Origin: a bacterium
GTDB taxonomy: Bacteria > Patescibacteriota > Minisyncoccia > Phycocordibacterales > UBA2100
DNA length: 64,000 nucleotides
Direction of reading: 5' to 3'
Assembly (NCBI GenBank): GCA_030647655.1
Contig: JAUSJH010000006.1
Span: 3,737-67,736 of the forward strand
Within the stretch, counting starts at the first letter, position 1. Each line of letters opens with the position of its first letter. The translations under genes were made by a program, and so were the position numbers. This document shows, in pieces, positions 18,899 through 28,833 of this stretch. Below the pieces are notes generated by a model. It was not told the DNA's origin. It made no database searches and saw only the letters and a list, made by a program, of their open reading frames with translations.

Positions 18899-19240
18899 AT
18901 GTCACGAGTAAAGCGCGGAGTAACAAAGAATAAGCGTCGAAAGAATATATTGGCGCAGGTCAAGGGGTATCGCTTCGACCGCAGCAGCAAAGAGCGCATC
19001 GCGAAAGTTGCCATCAAGCACGCTGGTATTCATGCCTTCCGGCACCGACGCGCAAAAAAGCGCGAGTTCCGAAATCTCTGGACCTTGCGGATTAATGCCG
19101 CTGTACGCCCTTTGGGATTCTCGTACTCGAAGTTTATTGACGCTCTTAAAAAGAGCAATGTCGAACTCGATCGCAAGGTCCTATCGGAGCTCGCCAAGGA
19201 TCATCCGGAGGTTTTCGAGCGTCTCGTAAAAATACTGTAG
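18899..19240 (+). CDS. rplT: 50S ribosomal protein L20
   Basis: Motifs MSRVKRG, KKREFRNLW..RINAA, LDRKVLSELA. Confidence 0.98.
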   Translation: MSRVKRGVTKNKRRKNILAQVKGYRFDRSSKERIAKVAIKHAGIHAFRHRRAKKREFRNLWTLRINAAVRPLGFSYSKFIDALKKSNVELDRKVLSELAKDHPEVFERLVKIL

Positions 19241-19268
19241 TACCATAGAGAGGCTCACGAGCCTCTGC

Positions 19269-19841
19269 ATGGAGTTGGTTACTGCATTTTTGATCGCGAT
19301 TTTTGTATCGCAATGTGCCCTCCTCGGGGCATCGCTAGCCTTTTGTGTCAAATACACGACACTCGCGCTTTCATACGGATACAACGCCCCATACGTCCCG
19401 ACTCACCCCGAATATTTCGAGAAGATTGCTGGAGCGCTCGAGATTAAAGTCGACGACATTGTCTACGATCTCGGATGCGGCGATGGGCGCTTAATTCTTT
19501 TTTGCGCGCGACGCGAGCCGCATGCCCAGTTCATTGGGATTGAACGTAATCGTCTTCTCGTTGCATACGCCAGAACGAGAAAATTAATGACGGGTAATCC
19601 CTCAAACGTATCTTTCAGGTGCAAGGATTTTTTTGACGTTAATTTTAGCGAGGCGACTTGTATCTACTCGTATTTACTTCCACAGACGGTGAATGCATTA
19701 TTCTCTCGTCGAAATCTTACTGGCGTGCGACTTATCTCTCGCGCTTTTCCACTCTACAACCGCACTCCCACCGAGGTCATTAGGCTCTCCCAAAAAGATG
19801 GTTCACATGGAGAGCACCTTCTCTATGCATATAAGCTATGA
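19269..19841 (+). CDS. Class I SAM-dependent methyltransferase with N-terminal TM
   Basis: Motifs APYVPT, VYDLGCGDGR, GIE, DFF. Confidence 0.85.
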   Translation: MELVTAFLIAIFVSQCALLGASLAFCVKYTTLALSYGYNAPYVPTHPEYFEKIAGALEIKVDDIVYDLGCGDGRLILFCARREPHAQFIGIERNRLLVAYARTRKLMTGNPSNVSFRCKDFFDVNFSEATCIYSYLLPQTVNALFSRRNLTGVRLISRAFPLYNRTPTEVIRLSQKDGSHGEHLLYAYKL

Positions 19842-19842
19842 A

Positions 19843-20526
19843 TTATAGAATCACCTCTTGGTTCTTTCCGGTAGCACTCCGGCTGTCGTGATTGTTGTAA
19901 ATAAGCATCGTTTGCTCCTTTTCTTTTGTCACCATCTCTATTAACCGCTCTACCATGGCTTTGGGATCGGAATCAAAAACTATTTTCTCGTTGGGCCGAT
20001 TCGCGGCGTCTATAATGTGTTTCAATATTTCGTCGGTCTCCCATGTGCCTTCCAAAATGCCGATTGGCCGACGATCCTCGAAGGCAACCGCGAATTCATT
20101 CAAGGTTCCTATCCTTCCGCAGCCGACAATGATCGCATCCGATGAGCGCACCAAAAGCAGGTCGCGCCCCGAATAGCCAAAGCCGGTGTAGAGAACCACG
20201 TCCATGAAATCGAGAGGGAGTCGGTAGGTTTCCACGTGTTCGCGCTCGGTCGAGGCGGGAGAAAAACCGATGGAAAAGCCGCATTCGTCCTTAGCCCCCA
20301 TCGCGGCATACATAGGGAAACCGGTCGTGGCACCCGTGGTTATAATCCCGCCGTGTTTCGCGATCTCACGCCCGACTTCTTTTGCTTTTTCATACGCGTC
20401 TAAGCCACATGCCCCCGCCTCCGCCGCGCCCGAGACCCCGATCTTCACGACGCCATACCCATCAGGCAAACGGCAGAAATTCAGGGGTACTGCTGTGTGG
20501 TTGGGATGGAGAATTCTTTTTGCCAT
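19843..20526 (-). CDS. LOG/SLOG family (TIGR00725-like) nucleotide-binding protein
   Basis: Motifs IGVSGAA, TGATTG, GRDLLLVRSSDA, GRIGTLNEF. Confidence 0.85.
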   Translation of the reverse strand: MAKRILHPNHTAVPLNFCRLPDGYGVVKIGVSGAAEAGACGLDAYEKAKEVGREIAKHGGIITTGATTGFPMYAAMGAKDECGFSIGFSPASTEREHVETYRLPLDFMDVVLYTGFGYSGRDLLLVRSSDAIIVGCGRIGTLNEFAVAFEDRRPIGILEGTWETDEILKHIIDAANRPNEKIVFDSDPKAMVERLIEMVTKEKEQTMLIYNNHDSRSATGKNQEVIL

Positions 20527-20548
20527 TAACTGAAATTGTAGCATCTCT

Positions 20549-21970
20549 TTACCAATCTATTTCAAACGACTGTCCTGATTCGGGCACTGTCGCGTCGGTT
20601 CCAAGAAAGTCACGAATGCGTTGCGCGAGAAACATTGACGAGTGTGGTTCGCCCATCGTCACAAAGACGCGTTCAAGCGATTCCCCTGCGCCGTCAACGA
20701 AACGAAGTAACTGGTCGCGATCGGCGTGGCCGGAGTAGCCTGAAAGTGTCTCGATGTGAGCATGGACACGGATGTGTTCCCCGTCTATTTCCACTTTCTT
20801 CTCTCCATCCTGTATGCGCCGCCCCAAAGATCCGGGCACCTGATAGCCGACGAAAAGGACCGTCGCATGTTTATCGCTTAAGTAATATTTTTCATGCGCG
20901 CGGATACGACCGCCTCCGGACATTCCTGCACCTGCAATGATTATCTTTGGATTTGGTGCTTTATGTATGGCCTGCGACTCCACCGTACGAGCCGTGAGAG
21001 TGAGGCTTTTGAAAGAAAAAGGATTACCCCCCTTCCCAAAATGTTCTCGCGCCGCTGGATTTAGAAGATTCTTATACTTTCGAAACACATTGGTAACCTC
21101 TATAGCAAGCGGTGCATCGAGATACACGGAGACTGGTTGCATAATTTCCTCTTCTATCATTGCATTGAGTTCAAAGAGCAACACTTGCGTCCGCTCGATG
21201 GAAAATGACGGAATGAGAAGAACACTACGTCGAGCACGTGCATCTTCAACAAAGCTTCGCAGGTGTTCGCGGCGCTCTTCGCGCTTCTCGTGCATCCTAT
21301 CTCCGTAGACGCTCTCCATAACGATGTAGTTCGCACCTTCCGGAGTCTCCGTATCATTCAATATTGGTTCGGGGGAATTTCCTATATCGCCTGTAAATAA
21401 AACAGATTTTCCGCTGCGACCGCATTTAACCATTGCAGAACCTAGAATGTGTCCGGCATCTAGAAATTCGATTGATACGTCCCCTATGTTGAACGGTTCA
21501 TGATACCCATGCGTTTGCCAGAGCGCTAGAGCATGCCCCACGTCCTCTCTTTCATACAGTATTTCGCATCCATGCCTCTCGACTTCCCTCTGCATGATGC
21601 CAAGCGCGTCATCGAACATGAGCGCTGCGAGATCCTTGGTCGCCGCTGTTGAATATATGGGGCCTTTGAATCCGTCGTGTACAAATCTCGGAATCCTTCC
21701 AATGTGGTCAGCATGCGCGTGTGTGACGACGAGGGCATCTATTTTCTTCGTGTCGTACGGAAAGGGGGCTGCGTTCGCGATATCACATACACGCTCACGC
21801 TGGAGAATGCCGCAATCTATTAATATTTTTTTGCCTAAATCATTCGTCTCTGACGAATGATCGGCCGAACCATCTGCGTTTTGCGCAGATGGTTTTAGGC
21901 CAGTATCCAAAAGAAAGTTCGCCCCTGTCACCGTGCCAGCGCCACCGTAAAATGTTATCCCAGCCGACAT
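20549..21970 (-). CDS. MBL-fold beta-CASP RNase
   Basis: Motifs GGAGTVTG, THAHADHIG, AGHILGS, FTGDIG, MESVYG, YSGHAD. Confidence 0.93.
   Translation of the reverse strand: MSAGITFYGGAGTVTGANFLLDTGLKPSAQNADGSADHSSETNDLGKKILIDCGILQRERVCDIANAAPFPYDTKKIDALVVTHAHADHIGRIPRFVHDGFKGPIYSTAATKDLAALMFDDALGIMQREVERHGCEILYEREDVGHALALWQTHGYHEPFNIGDVSIEFLDAGHILGSAMVKCGRSGKSVLFTGDIGNSPEPILNDTETPEGANYIVMESVYGDRMHEKREERREHLRSFVEDARARRSVLLIPSFSIERTQVLLFELNAMIEEEIMQPVSVYLDAPLAIEVTNVFRKYKNLLNPAAREHFGKGGNPFSFKSLTLTARTVESQAIHKAPNPKIIIAGAGMSGGGRIRAHEKYYLSDKHATVLFVGYQVPGSLGRRIQDGEKKVEIDGEHIRVHAHIETLSGYSGHADRDQLLRFVDGAGESLERVFVTMGEPHSSMFLAQRIRDFLGTDATVPESGQSFEIDW
21835..21898. repeat. CTAR...YTAG double-hairpin element, copy 3 (in-frame in the beta-CASP gene)
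   Basis: CTAA-ATCATTCGTC tct GACGAATGAT-CGGCCG-AACCATCTGCG ttttg CGCAGATGGTT-TTAG; encodes LKPSAQNADGSADHSSETNDL in antisense orientation. Confidence 0.8.
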
Positions 21971-22018
21971 TGAGCGATTCTAGCACTCTAAACCCCGCCA
22001 AGGGCGGGGCTCAGGGGT

Positions 22019-22138
22019 GCGGTCAGTACGGCAAGCCTGGGTTTGGACCAGGTGGGTTGCCGCAGCATTTACACCAAAGGCGCAAAGCGATGTAGGCATT
22101 CCCTTTCTTGTACCAAGCAGGTTTAAGTACCGGCCGCT
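22019..22138 (-). ncRNA. Candidate structured small RNA (6S-like long irregular hairpin)
   Basis: Extended -10 TGGTATACT (22145-22153); nested pairings GCGGCCGGTAC/GTACTGACCGC, CCTG/CAGG, TTGG/CCAA, TGCC/GGCA, TACATC/GGTGTA; downstream hairpin CCCCGCC/GGCGGGG followed by TTT. Confidence 0.5.
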
Positions 22139-22178
22139 AAAATCAGTATACCACTCTATTTTTCCGTGCAAATGGAAA

Positions 22179-22787
22179 CTACGGAAGAATATTCTCCAAT
22201 TCTTTGTTGTACATTATATCCTCGCGAGTCACTTTGTAGTCTATTATCTCGGCTTTTTTGAACCAGTGCGGTATTTCCATGTCGGCTTCCGAGACAGAGC
22301 CGGATGCGTGGATAAGATTGCGCACCGCGCGGTCGTCTGCGTCCGACATGACATAGGAATCCACGACGAAATCGCCGCGAATAGTGCCCACCGGAGCTCC
22401 ACGTGGTTCGGTGCCGCCGGTAATCTTGCGGACGAGCTCTACCGCGTGCGCGCCCTCCCACACCATACAGATGACGGGACCAGCCGTAAGATATTTCTTG
22501 AGGTTTTTGAGGATTTTCGCGGTTATCTCTAGCGGGTCTTCGGATGGCGGCGTTAATCCGCGGTCGCGATAATTCTTAATCGTCTTTTCTCCCGTCACAC
22601 GGCGCCAATTCGGGTCGAGCGTGTAGTGTCCTTCCACCTGCTCGGCCGTAGGCACCACCATCTTCAATCCGACCAATTTCAATCCAAGCCGCTCGTAGCG
22701 CACGATAATCTCGCCAACGAGTGACCGCTGTATCGCATCGGGCTTGATAATGACAAGCGTCCGCTCTTTTTTGGGGTGGTCTTTCAT
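22179..22787 (-). CDS. ndk: Nucleoside diphosphate kinase
   Basis: Motifs ERTLVIIKPDA, GTIRGDF, NLIHASGS. Confidence 0.97.
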   Translation of the reverse strand: MKDHPKKERTLVIIKPDAIQRSLVGEIIVRYERLGLKLVGLKMVVPTAEQVEGHYTLDPNWRRVTGEKTIKNYRDRGLTPPSEDPLEITAKILKNLKKYLTAGPVICMVWEGAHAVELVRKITGGTEPRGAPVGTIRGDFVVDSYVMSDADDRAVRNLIHASGSVSEADMEIPHWFKKAEIIDYKVTREDIMYNKELENILP

Positions 22788-22860
22788 GTCCGCTACTGTA
22801 CCATAATTTTACTGATTTGCGTATGCATCTTTCTCCGCCACCGTGAAGAGATCGTGGTTG

Positions 22861-24633
22861 TTAGTAGCAATACGAGGAGCAGTATCCTATCCCGAACATA
22901 GCTGTTGCTTGTCCTGCAGTTGCTTCGTTACCACTGAATAGTATTTGATAATTCTGAAAGTTTCCTCCTGCAAGTTCACTTGGTATCGTCCATGTGAAGC
23001 TGCCGCCTTGTAATCCTGAAGAATATGCGGTGCCAAGCGAACGGTCGATTGAGCCATATGGGATGCCGCCCAATAAGCGTAAAGAGTAACTCTTTACCCC
23101 CACATCAGAGCCTGTCCACGTAATACGGTATGTTTGACCGGCATACAGTTGCGCGCCAGGAGTCGGGAATGTGATTGTAACTGGCTGCACCAGATTGCTC
23201 AAAACTTTTACACGGACCGAATTGCTCGTCCCGTACTGATTCACGACGTACAGGTCATAGCTCTGCCCGACAATAAGCGACGAGGGGACATCCGCATTCA
23301 CCCGGGTCTCGCTCGTCCACGTCACGGTCGCCGGAATACCACTGAAGAACACTTTGGTTGAATCGACCGTAGCAAGATTATTTCCGTAAATCGACACTTC
23401 GCCACCCGCATCTACCTCCAAATTGCCGGCAGCTTTTGCGCTCGTTGAGATGATGACAGGATCGGTACTTGGAGCATTGACGACGGTGAAATAGCCATTG
23501 CTTTCATCGCGAACATTGCCCGTAGTGAGCGCGACCTTGTACTGCCCGCCCGGTAAGAGCTCACCTGTATTTGGACAGACGTAGCCCGGCCCCATATAGA
23601 ACCCGTACGTCCCGGCAGACACCGCAACAGTGCCGATGTTGCACGAGATTGTCGGGGACACAAGAAATACCCCGGCCGATCCTACGACTCCATGCGCTAT
23701 CCAATTCACTCGCAGATCTACATCCTTACCGCTACCGAAGACGAGGGATTCTCCGCCGTTCGGATACGTAATTGTGATAGACGAAGATGTGTCGACGACG
23801 TAATCAGATGTTTCGCCGACATCATAGCAGTAGCGTCCTTGCTCCCCCCTACAGCCGGCCGAATCGCTCCCCGTCCACAAATTCCCTTGTGAGGGCGCGA
23901 CGTCATTATCATAGTCGAGCGCGGAACTTCTGTTTTCGAGACTTGCACCGAGTTCATATCCTCTTCCCCCTCCGAGTTGATCATATGAATATGAGTTGTT
24001 ATCAGAGACATCTATCGGAACGGAGGCAATGTAGTCAGGCGCGAGAAAAGAGGTTGTCGGAGGATACATCCCCTTATCATCGTAGTAGAGCTCCAGCGCG
24101 AGTTGAAGCTGCTTGATATCGGCGATTCGACGCGCATCACGACCTTTTGCCCGCGCCTCGGCGGTATTCTCTGGAATTTCCATGCCGTAACAGAGCCGTG
24201 CCATCGCGGTGCGGGTGCGCGAGCCGACAAAGCCGTAGCCCGTTGAGTCCGGGTCGCCGGAAGATACGACGCCGTGCGCGGCTTGCCAGCGCTGCACCGC
24301 GCGCATCGTTGCAGGGCCGAAGTAGCCAGTGATGCGCGCTTCGGGATAGATTGAGGGGCCATACGAAGCGAGAAATTGTTGGAGTTTGGTAACCTCCCCG
24401 TTGGTGTCTGCATCGGTGTCGTCAACTGAAAGACTATTTGAAAGAGAGACGCACGCTGAAGTACTGGCGGGGGTGGTATTTGCGGGGACACCGAGTTGGG
24501 ACCTTAGAGCGGTGATTTGTGTTAGCAAACTCTGGACTTGAGCCTGCAAGTCGCTCAACGTATCAGAGGAAGCGAAGAGTGGTGACGCGAGAAAGAGAAG
24601 TCCGAGGCCGCCGAAGGCGATTTTTTTAAGCAT
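22861..24633 (-). CDS. Secreted multidomain protein: PG-binding, pilin/GspG-like, Ig-like and IPT/TIG domains
   Basis: Signal peptide; EVTKLQQFL...GYFGPATMRAVQRWQ; RDARRIADIKQLQLALELYY; ITITYPNGGE; IPT-like GTSNSV. Confidence 0.8.
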   Translation of the reverse strand: MLKKIAFGGLGLLFLASPLFASSDTLSDLQAQVQSLLTQITALRSQLGVPANTTPASTSACVSLSNSLSVDDTDADTNGEVTKLQQFLASYGPSIYPEARITGYFGPATMRAVQRWQAAHGVVSSGDPDSTGYGFVGSRTRTAMARLCYGMEIPENTAEARAKGRDARRIADIKQLQLALELYYDDKGMYPPTTSFLAPDYIASVPIDVSDNNSYSYDQLGGGRGYELGASLENRSSALDYDNDVAPSQGNLWTGSDSAGCRGEQGRYCYDVGETSDYVVDTSSSITITYPNGGESLVFGSGKDVDLRVNWIAHGVVGSAGVFLVSPTISCNIGTVAVSAGTYGFYMGPGYVCPNTGELLPGGQYKVALTTGNVRDESNGYFTVVNAPSTDPVIISTSAKAAGNLEVDAGGEVSIYGNNLATVDSTKVFFSGIPATVTWTSETRVNADVPSSLIVGQSYDLYVVNQYGTSNSVRVKVLSNLVQPVTITFPTPGAQLYAGQTYRITWTGSDVGVKSYSLRLLGGIPYGSIDRSLGTAYSSGLQGGSFTWTIPSELAGGNFQNYQILFSGNEATAGQATAMFGIGYCSSYCY

Positions 24634-24742
24634 GATTTTGACCTCTATGGTAATACCGTAAGGGTAACACGTACTGCACTATTGATGCAGCACCACAGGC
24701 TACCGGTAGTCGTCGGGAGGTTAAACCTCCAGAGTTCACTTT

Positions 24743-25888
24743 TTAGTTGGAAATCGTAAACACCCCACTTTCGGCGAGAGTGTCCATTCCTCTGCTGATG
24801 CGAATCTTGTATCTGCCCGGTACAACAGTATTTTCCTTGTTGATAGTACCAGCACCGAGATAGTTGAGCGTTATGCTGGCAGTCCATCCACTGAATTCTG
24901 CTTGCGAACCGTTGTTTAAGCTGCCAACTATTCCTGCTTGAGAACCATCTTCCCGTATAAGATTCAGAACTACCTTATCGCCCTCAGGCCATGTAGCGAT
25001 GACAGGTTCACTCAGCTTAATTATATGCGCCTCGCCGGTCTTCCAACGGTCGCCGGGTATCGGCGAAAGAACGGTAATGCCGTTTTGAGAACTCTCCGTA
25101 ACCGTAAAGGAAACGGAATTACTCCACTTCGACCATGGTTTTACGGAAATCTCGTAGACGCCTGGAGACACAGAAAAATATGATGCGCATGGAAGTCCTG
25201 AATAAGAAGTGTCCTGCTTACAGAACGATGACTGTATTGTTGTCACGATAGTAGTATCGTCGCTACCAGTCCTGTCCCCGTACATAACACCGCTAGAGTA
25301 ATCCGGAGGGTTAAATTCCGTTGCAATACGAGCATTCAGATCACCTTCAAAACCGCGCAGATTTTTGCCTTTGATAGTAATCTTTGTGCCGATAGGACCG
25401 CTCGAAGGAGTTACGCTGTAAATGACGGGGTCTAAAGTGCTATTGCTGGTCGAACCTGAGCCGCATGATTCTGTGATCTTTGCCCGTGTCATCGGACCGA
25501 CGCCGCTTTTGGGTGTTACGAAACCCATGCCGTGGGCTTTTTGCCAACGCATGACCGCCTGCGCGGTGAGATTTCCATAATAGCCAGTGATAGGACCCGT
25601 GTAAACCCCCTGATCTGTGAGAAACTGTTGCAGACGTGACACTTCATCATCGTGCAGTGAGTCGGTAGAACCTATGATTAAATTTCGCGTAATCATCGGG
25701 CACGTCCCCGCACCCGTCGGATTAGACGGGGCAGTTTTCATGGCGGCCATCTGCGCTTTCAACTGGGTGATTTGTGCGAGCAACCCTTGAATTTGCGATT
25801 GTAGTTCCTCAATCGGATTCGTCGTGGCAAGTGCGGGTGTGGCAAGAAAAAGAATTCCCAAAACCGGAAGCGCGAGTTTTTTAAGCAT
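24743..25888 (-). CDS. Secreted PG-binding plus IPT/TIG domain protein
   Basis: Signal peptide; EVSRLQQFL...GYYGNLTAQAVMRWQ; PVIYSVTPSSGPIGTKITIKG. Confidence 0.8.
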   Translation of the reverse strand: MLKKLALPVLGILFLATPALATTNPIEELQSQIQGLLAQITQLKAQMAAMKTAPSNPTGAGTCPMITRNLIIGSTDSLHDDEVSRLQQFLTDQGVYTGPITGYYGNLTAQAVMRWQKAHGMGFVTPKSGVGPMTRAKITESCGSGSTSNSTLDPVIYSVTPSSGPIGTKITIKGKNLRGFEGDLNARIATEFNPPDYSSGVMYGDRTGSDDTTIVTTIQSSFCKQDTSYSGLPCASYFSVSPGVYEISVKPWSKWSNSVSFTVTESSQNGITVLSPIPGDRWKTGEAHIIKLSEPVIATWPEGDKVVLNLIREDGSQAGIVGSLNNGSQAEFSGWTASITLNYLGAGTINKENTVVPGRYKIRISRGMDTLAESGVFTISN

Positions 25889-25940
25889 GATGTTTGCCTT
25901 AAGGGTAATGCACAAATGCTAGCATTTTCGGCCTTATTGT

Positions 25941-28766
25941 CTATTGATACAACGATGCGGGCAATTCGGGTTCGAGTGGGTTTGGCGCGGGCTTTTTGCC
26001 GTAGGCGGCGTCGAATTTGCGGCGAATGTCTGCTTCTACCTCTTCTCTATCTTTCCCATACATTTTGTATGAAAGTTCTTTCATCGTGTCTATCTTGCTG
26101 TAATCCATGTGAGGAAGATCGGCAGTTTGGATAGTGAATGGTCGCGCAGGGACGCCATTGACGAGAAGCGCCAAAACCGCGGTTCTGTTCGGCAGATTCT
26201 CAAGATCCTGCTGCGTGAATATCGGCGTAAATTGTTTCTCCAAAAACTCGGCATCTTGCGTGCCTACACGGAACGACGCTTTGGTGCCCACATTTCCGAT
26301 GACCGCGTCGCGGATGTCTTCTTCGAGCTGCGCAATAAATTGATGCGCTATCGTGAGTGAGAGCTTGTATTTGCGGGCCTCGGAGAGAATGGTCGCGATT
26401 GATGGTGTAGCGAAGTTCTGGAACTCGTCGATATAGAGATAAAAGACGGGCAAAAGGTCGCCCCTCGTGTCAACACGCGAGAATGCCGCCTGCAGAAATT
26501 TTGAGACGAGAATAAGACCGAGGAGCGAGGTGTTTCGATCGCCCAAGCGACCTTTCGAGAGATTGGCGAGAAAAATCTTTTTCTTATCCATTATCTCGCG
26601 GAAATTGAACGCGGATTTTTCCTGGCTAACGATAGGCCGCATGATGTCGTTGGTGAGAAAGACGTCGAACTTGCTGGTGATGTAGGGCGCCACGTTCTCA
26701 AGGCTGGGGTCACCTTGCGCCTGTTCGGCAATTTTGCGCCAGAATTGCACGATTATTGGGTTATTGCAGTGGCTAAGCTTTAAATTGCGGAACGCGGTAT
26801 CGGCGAATACACGCGGTATCTCGACGAAAGTACTTCCTGTGTCCGGATCCTCGACGACGAGCTGCACCGCGTTGCGGTAGTATTGCTCGAACATCGGGCC
26901 GAAGGCCTCCGGCACGTCGGCGTAGAGTTTTCTGAAAATGCCATACACTTCGTCCACCACGAATGTCTTCATTTCCGGCTTCGAGCGGTCGTACTCGAGC
27001 ATGTTGAGGCCCATCGGCCGTGCTGTGTATGCAGGGTCAAAATAGATGACGTCTTTCATGCGCTCGGGCGGGATACACGCGAGCACATCCTCGATGTCGT
27101 TGCCGTGCGGATCGATGAAGGCAACTCCTTCGCCGTTCTTTATATCCTGAATAATCATATTCTTGATGAGCCCTGTCTTTCCGGTACCTGTCTGTCCGAT
27201 GACATACGCATGGCGGAGGCGATCCGACGCCCCGAATCGCACCGGCGTCTCGTCGGCGCCGTACTTGTTGATACCGATGGTGATGCCGTCGGCCGGAGTC
27301 TCGACTGGCGCAGGCGCTTGTTTGGCGAAGCTGCGCTTCAACTCGCGTGAGGTCGTGAGGCGCTCGGCGGTGAAATGGAATATCGAGGTCACTTCCGCTA
27401 GCGAGAGCGGCATCGATATCCCGTGGTCGAACTCTCGGTATGTAAAGTCGCGCAGAAAGTTGGCAAGTCCCCAACTTCCGACTTCTTTGAAGATTAAATG
27501 ATTGCCTTTTGCATCATCGTACTGGTTGAAAGGCGCCTCCAGATTACTCAAAAGTTCTTCCGCACGGGCTTTTGTCGGCGCGGACGTGACGAGGCGGATG
27601 GAGACGGGTGCTATGCGCGTTTTTACCTTCTTAGTTACCTCTTCGGTCACCACCTGATCGCTCGAGCGGCGGAATTGTTTTTCCACTTCCATCTCATACT
27701 CCTTCGCCATGAATATTTGTTTTGCCATTGCATAGACCGCTTCTCCAATTTCTGTTTCAGGCACTTTGATGGCCTTGCGGAAATTTTTCCCCTTCTCAAG
27801 TTCCCGAATAATCTTCTTATAGTGATGATTGTACCGATCGCCTTCGGTCGAGACGGTAATCTGTAGCGCCGCCCCCTCCCCGTGTTTTGCTATTTTCGCG
27901 AACGCCGCAAGCAAGACGTTCATCGGATCGTGCTCAAAAAGCTCGGGGGTTTTGAGGGGAAGCGAGGGATGGTCGGCAAGAGTCGCATAGGCGGCAGCAT
28001 GCTCGCCTTCGTAGTTGAAAATGTTGTAATCACCGCGAGATTCGGACATACGCGCGTTGGGAAATACGGATGATATAAGGCGCTCCGCAAGGATCTTTTT
28101 TGCCCGCGGCACGGCGAGGTACAAAAATGCTTCTTCGCTCCCCTCTTGCACTGCGATCTCGAGTGAGAATCCTTCGTGCTTGTCGATGAGGGAGGTGAGG
28201 CCTGCGTAAAGCTGTTCGGAAGATGAGAGGAGCTGTTCGAGCTTGTGCTGTTGATTCTCCTGTTTGTCACCCTCACCAAATGCCTGCGGCTGTATCTCGA
28301 AGAGAACCATGTTGAGTGCGCGGCGAACTTTCTCGGGCGCCTTCATACCGTGGTCCGGCAAGCCTTCTGCGATGTAGCGCACCAAGGCGCGATGCACGTC
28401 GTCCTCGAGGTGCGGATTCTTCATGCGTGCCGCGACCGAAAGTGCGTTCCTTATACCGCTCTGCTGGACCAGTCGCAGTATCTCGTCCACCTGTTTATCG
28501 TGCGTCTCCGGCTCAAGTTTCAAGACCGTGCGCACAATGTCGTGCTCGGCCATAACAACCGTTTCGTGGAGGACGGTCGCCGCAGGAGTGTCCGCATAGG
28601 CGGCAACTTCACGGCGGGCGATACGGTCTTTTTCAAAACGGTTGTCCGGCGCTTCCATCTCGGCCTCTTTCTCGCGCACCCGCTCGCGCAAATAGGCAAG
28701 CTCCTCTTCAGGTGATTTGAATTTCTCTAGAGCCGCATTACGCGGCTTCTCCATCATGGGAGGCAT
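25941..28766 (-). CDS. VirD4/TraG/HerA-like (DUF87) P-loop ATPase typical of CPR
   Basis: Walker A HAYVIGQTGTGKT, IDPHG, YIDEFQNF, LSEARKY, AHQFIAQL. Confidence 0.88.
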   Translation of the reverse strand: MPPMMEKPRNAALEKFKSPEEELAYLRERVREKEAEMEAPDNRFEKDRIARREVAAYADTPAATVLHETVVMAEHDIVRTVLKLEPETHDKQVDEILRLVQQSGIRNALSVAARMKNPHLEDDVHRALVRYIAEGLPDHGMKAPEKVRRALNMVLFEIQPQAFGEGDKQENQQHKLEQLLSSSEQLYAGLTSLIDKHEGFSLEIAVQEGSEEAFLYLAVPRAKKILAERLISSVFPNARMSESRGDYNIFNYEGEHAAAYATLADHPSLPLKTPELFEHDPMNVLLAAFAKIAKHGEGAALQITVSTEGDRYNHHYKKIIRELEKGKNFRKAIKVPETEIGEAVYAMAKQIFMAKEYEMEVEKQFRRSSDQVVTEEVTKKVKTRIAPVSIRLVTSAPTKARAEELLSNLEAPFNQYDDAKGNHLIFKEVGSWGLANFLRDFTYREFDHGISMPLSLAEVTSIFHFTAERLTTSRELKRSFAKQAPAPVETPADGITIGINKYGADETPVRFGASDRLRHAYVIGQTGTGKTGLIKNMIIQDIKNGEGVAFIDPHGNDIEDVLACIPPERMKDVIYFDPAYTARPMGLNMLEYDRSKPEMKTFVVDEVYGIFRKLYADVPEAFGPMFEQYYRNAVQLVVEDPDTGSTFVEIPRVFADTAFRNLKLSHCNNPIIVQFWRKIAEQAQGDPSLENVAPYITSKFDVFLTNDIMRPIVSQEKSAFNFREIMDKKKIFLANLSKGRLGDRNTSLLGLILVSKFLQAAFSRVDTRGDLLPVFYLYIDEFQNFATPSIATILSEARKYKLSLTIAHQFIAQLEEDIRDAVIGNVGTKASFRVGTQDAEFLEKQFTPIFTQQDLENLPNRTAVLALLVNGVPARPFTIQTADLPHMDYSKIDTMKELSYKMYGKDREEVEADIRRKFDAAYGKKPAPNPLEPELPASLYQ

Positions 28767-28833
28767 AGAGAAAGTATATCACTGACTTAAACTGTTTGTC
28801 CGACCGCACGTTAGTACGGTCGGACACATTTGC

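Noticed and set aside
25941-28766. Conjugative element suggested by the VirD4/TraG-like ATPase
   Set aside because: No relaxase, VirB genes or integrase nearby; this ATPase family is a common chromosomal CPR gene.
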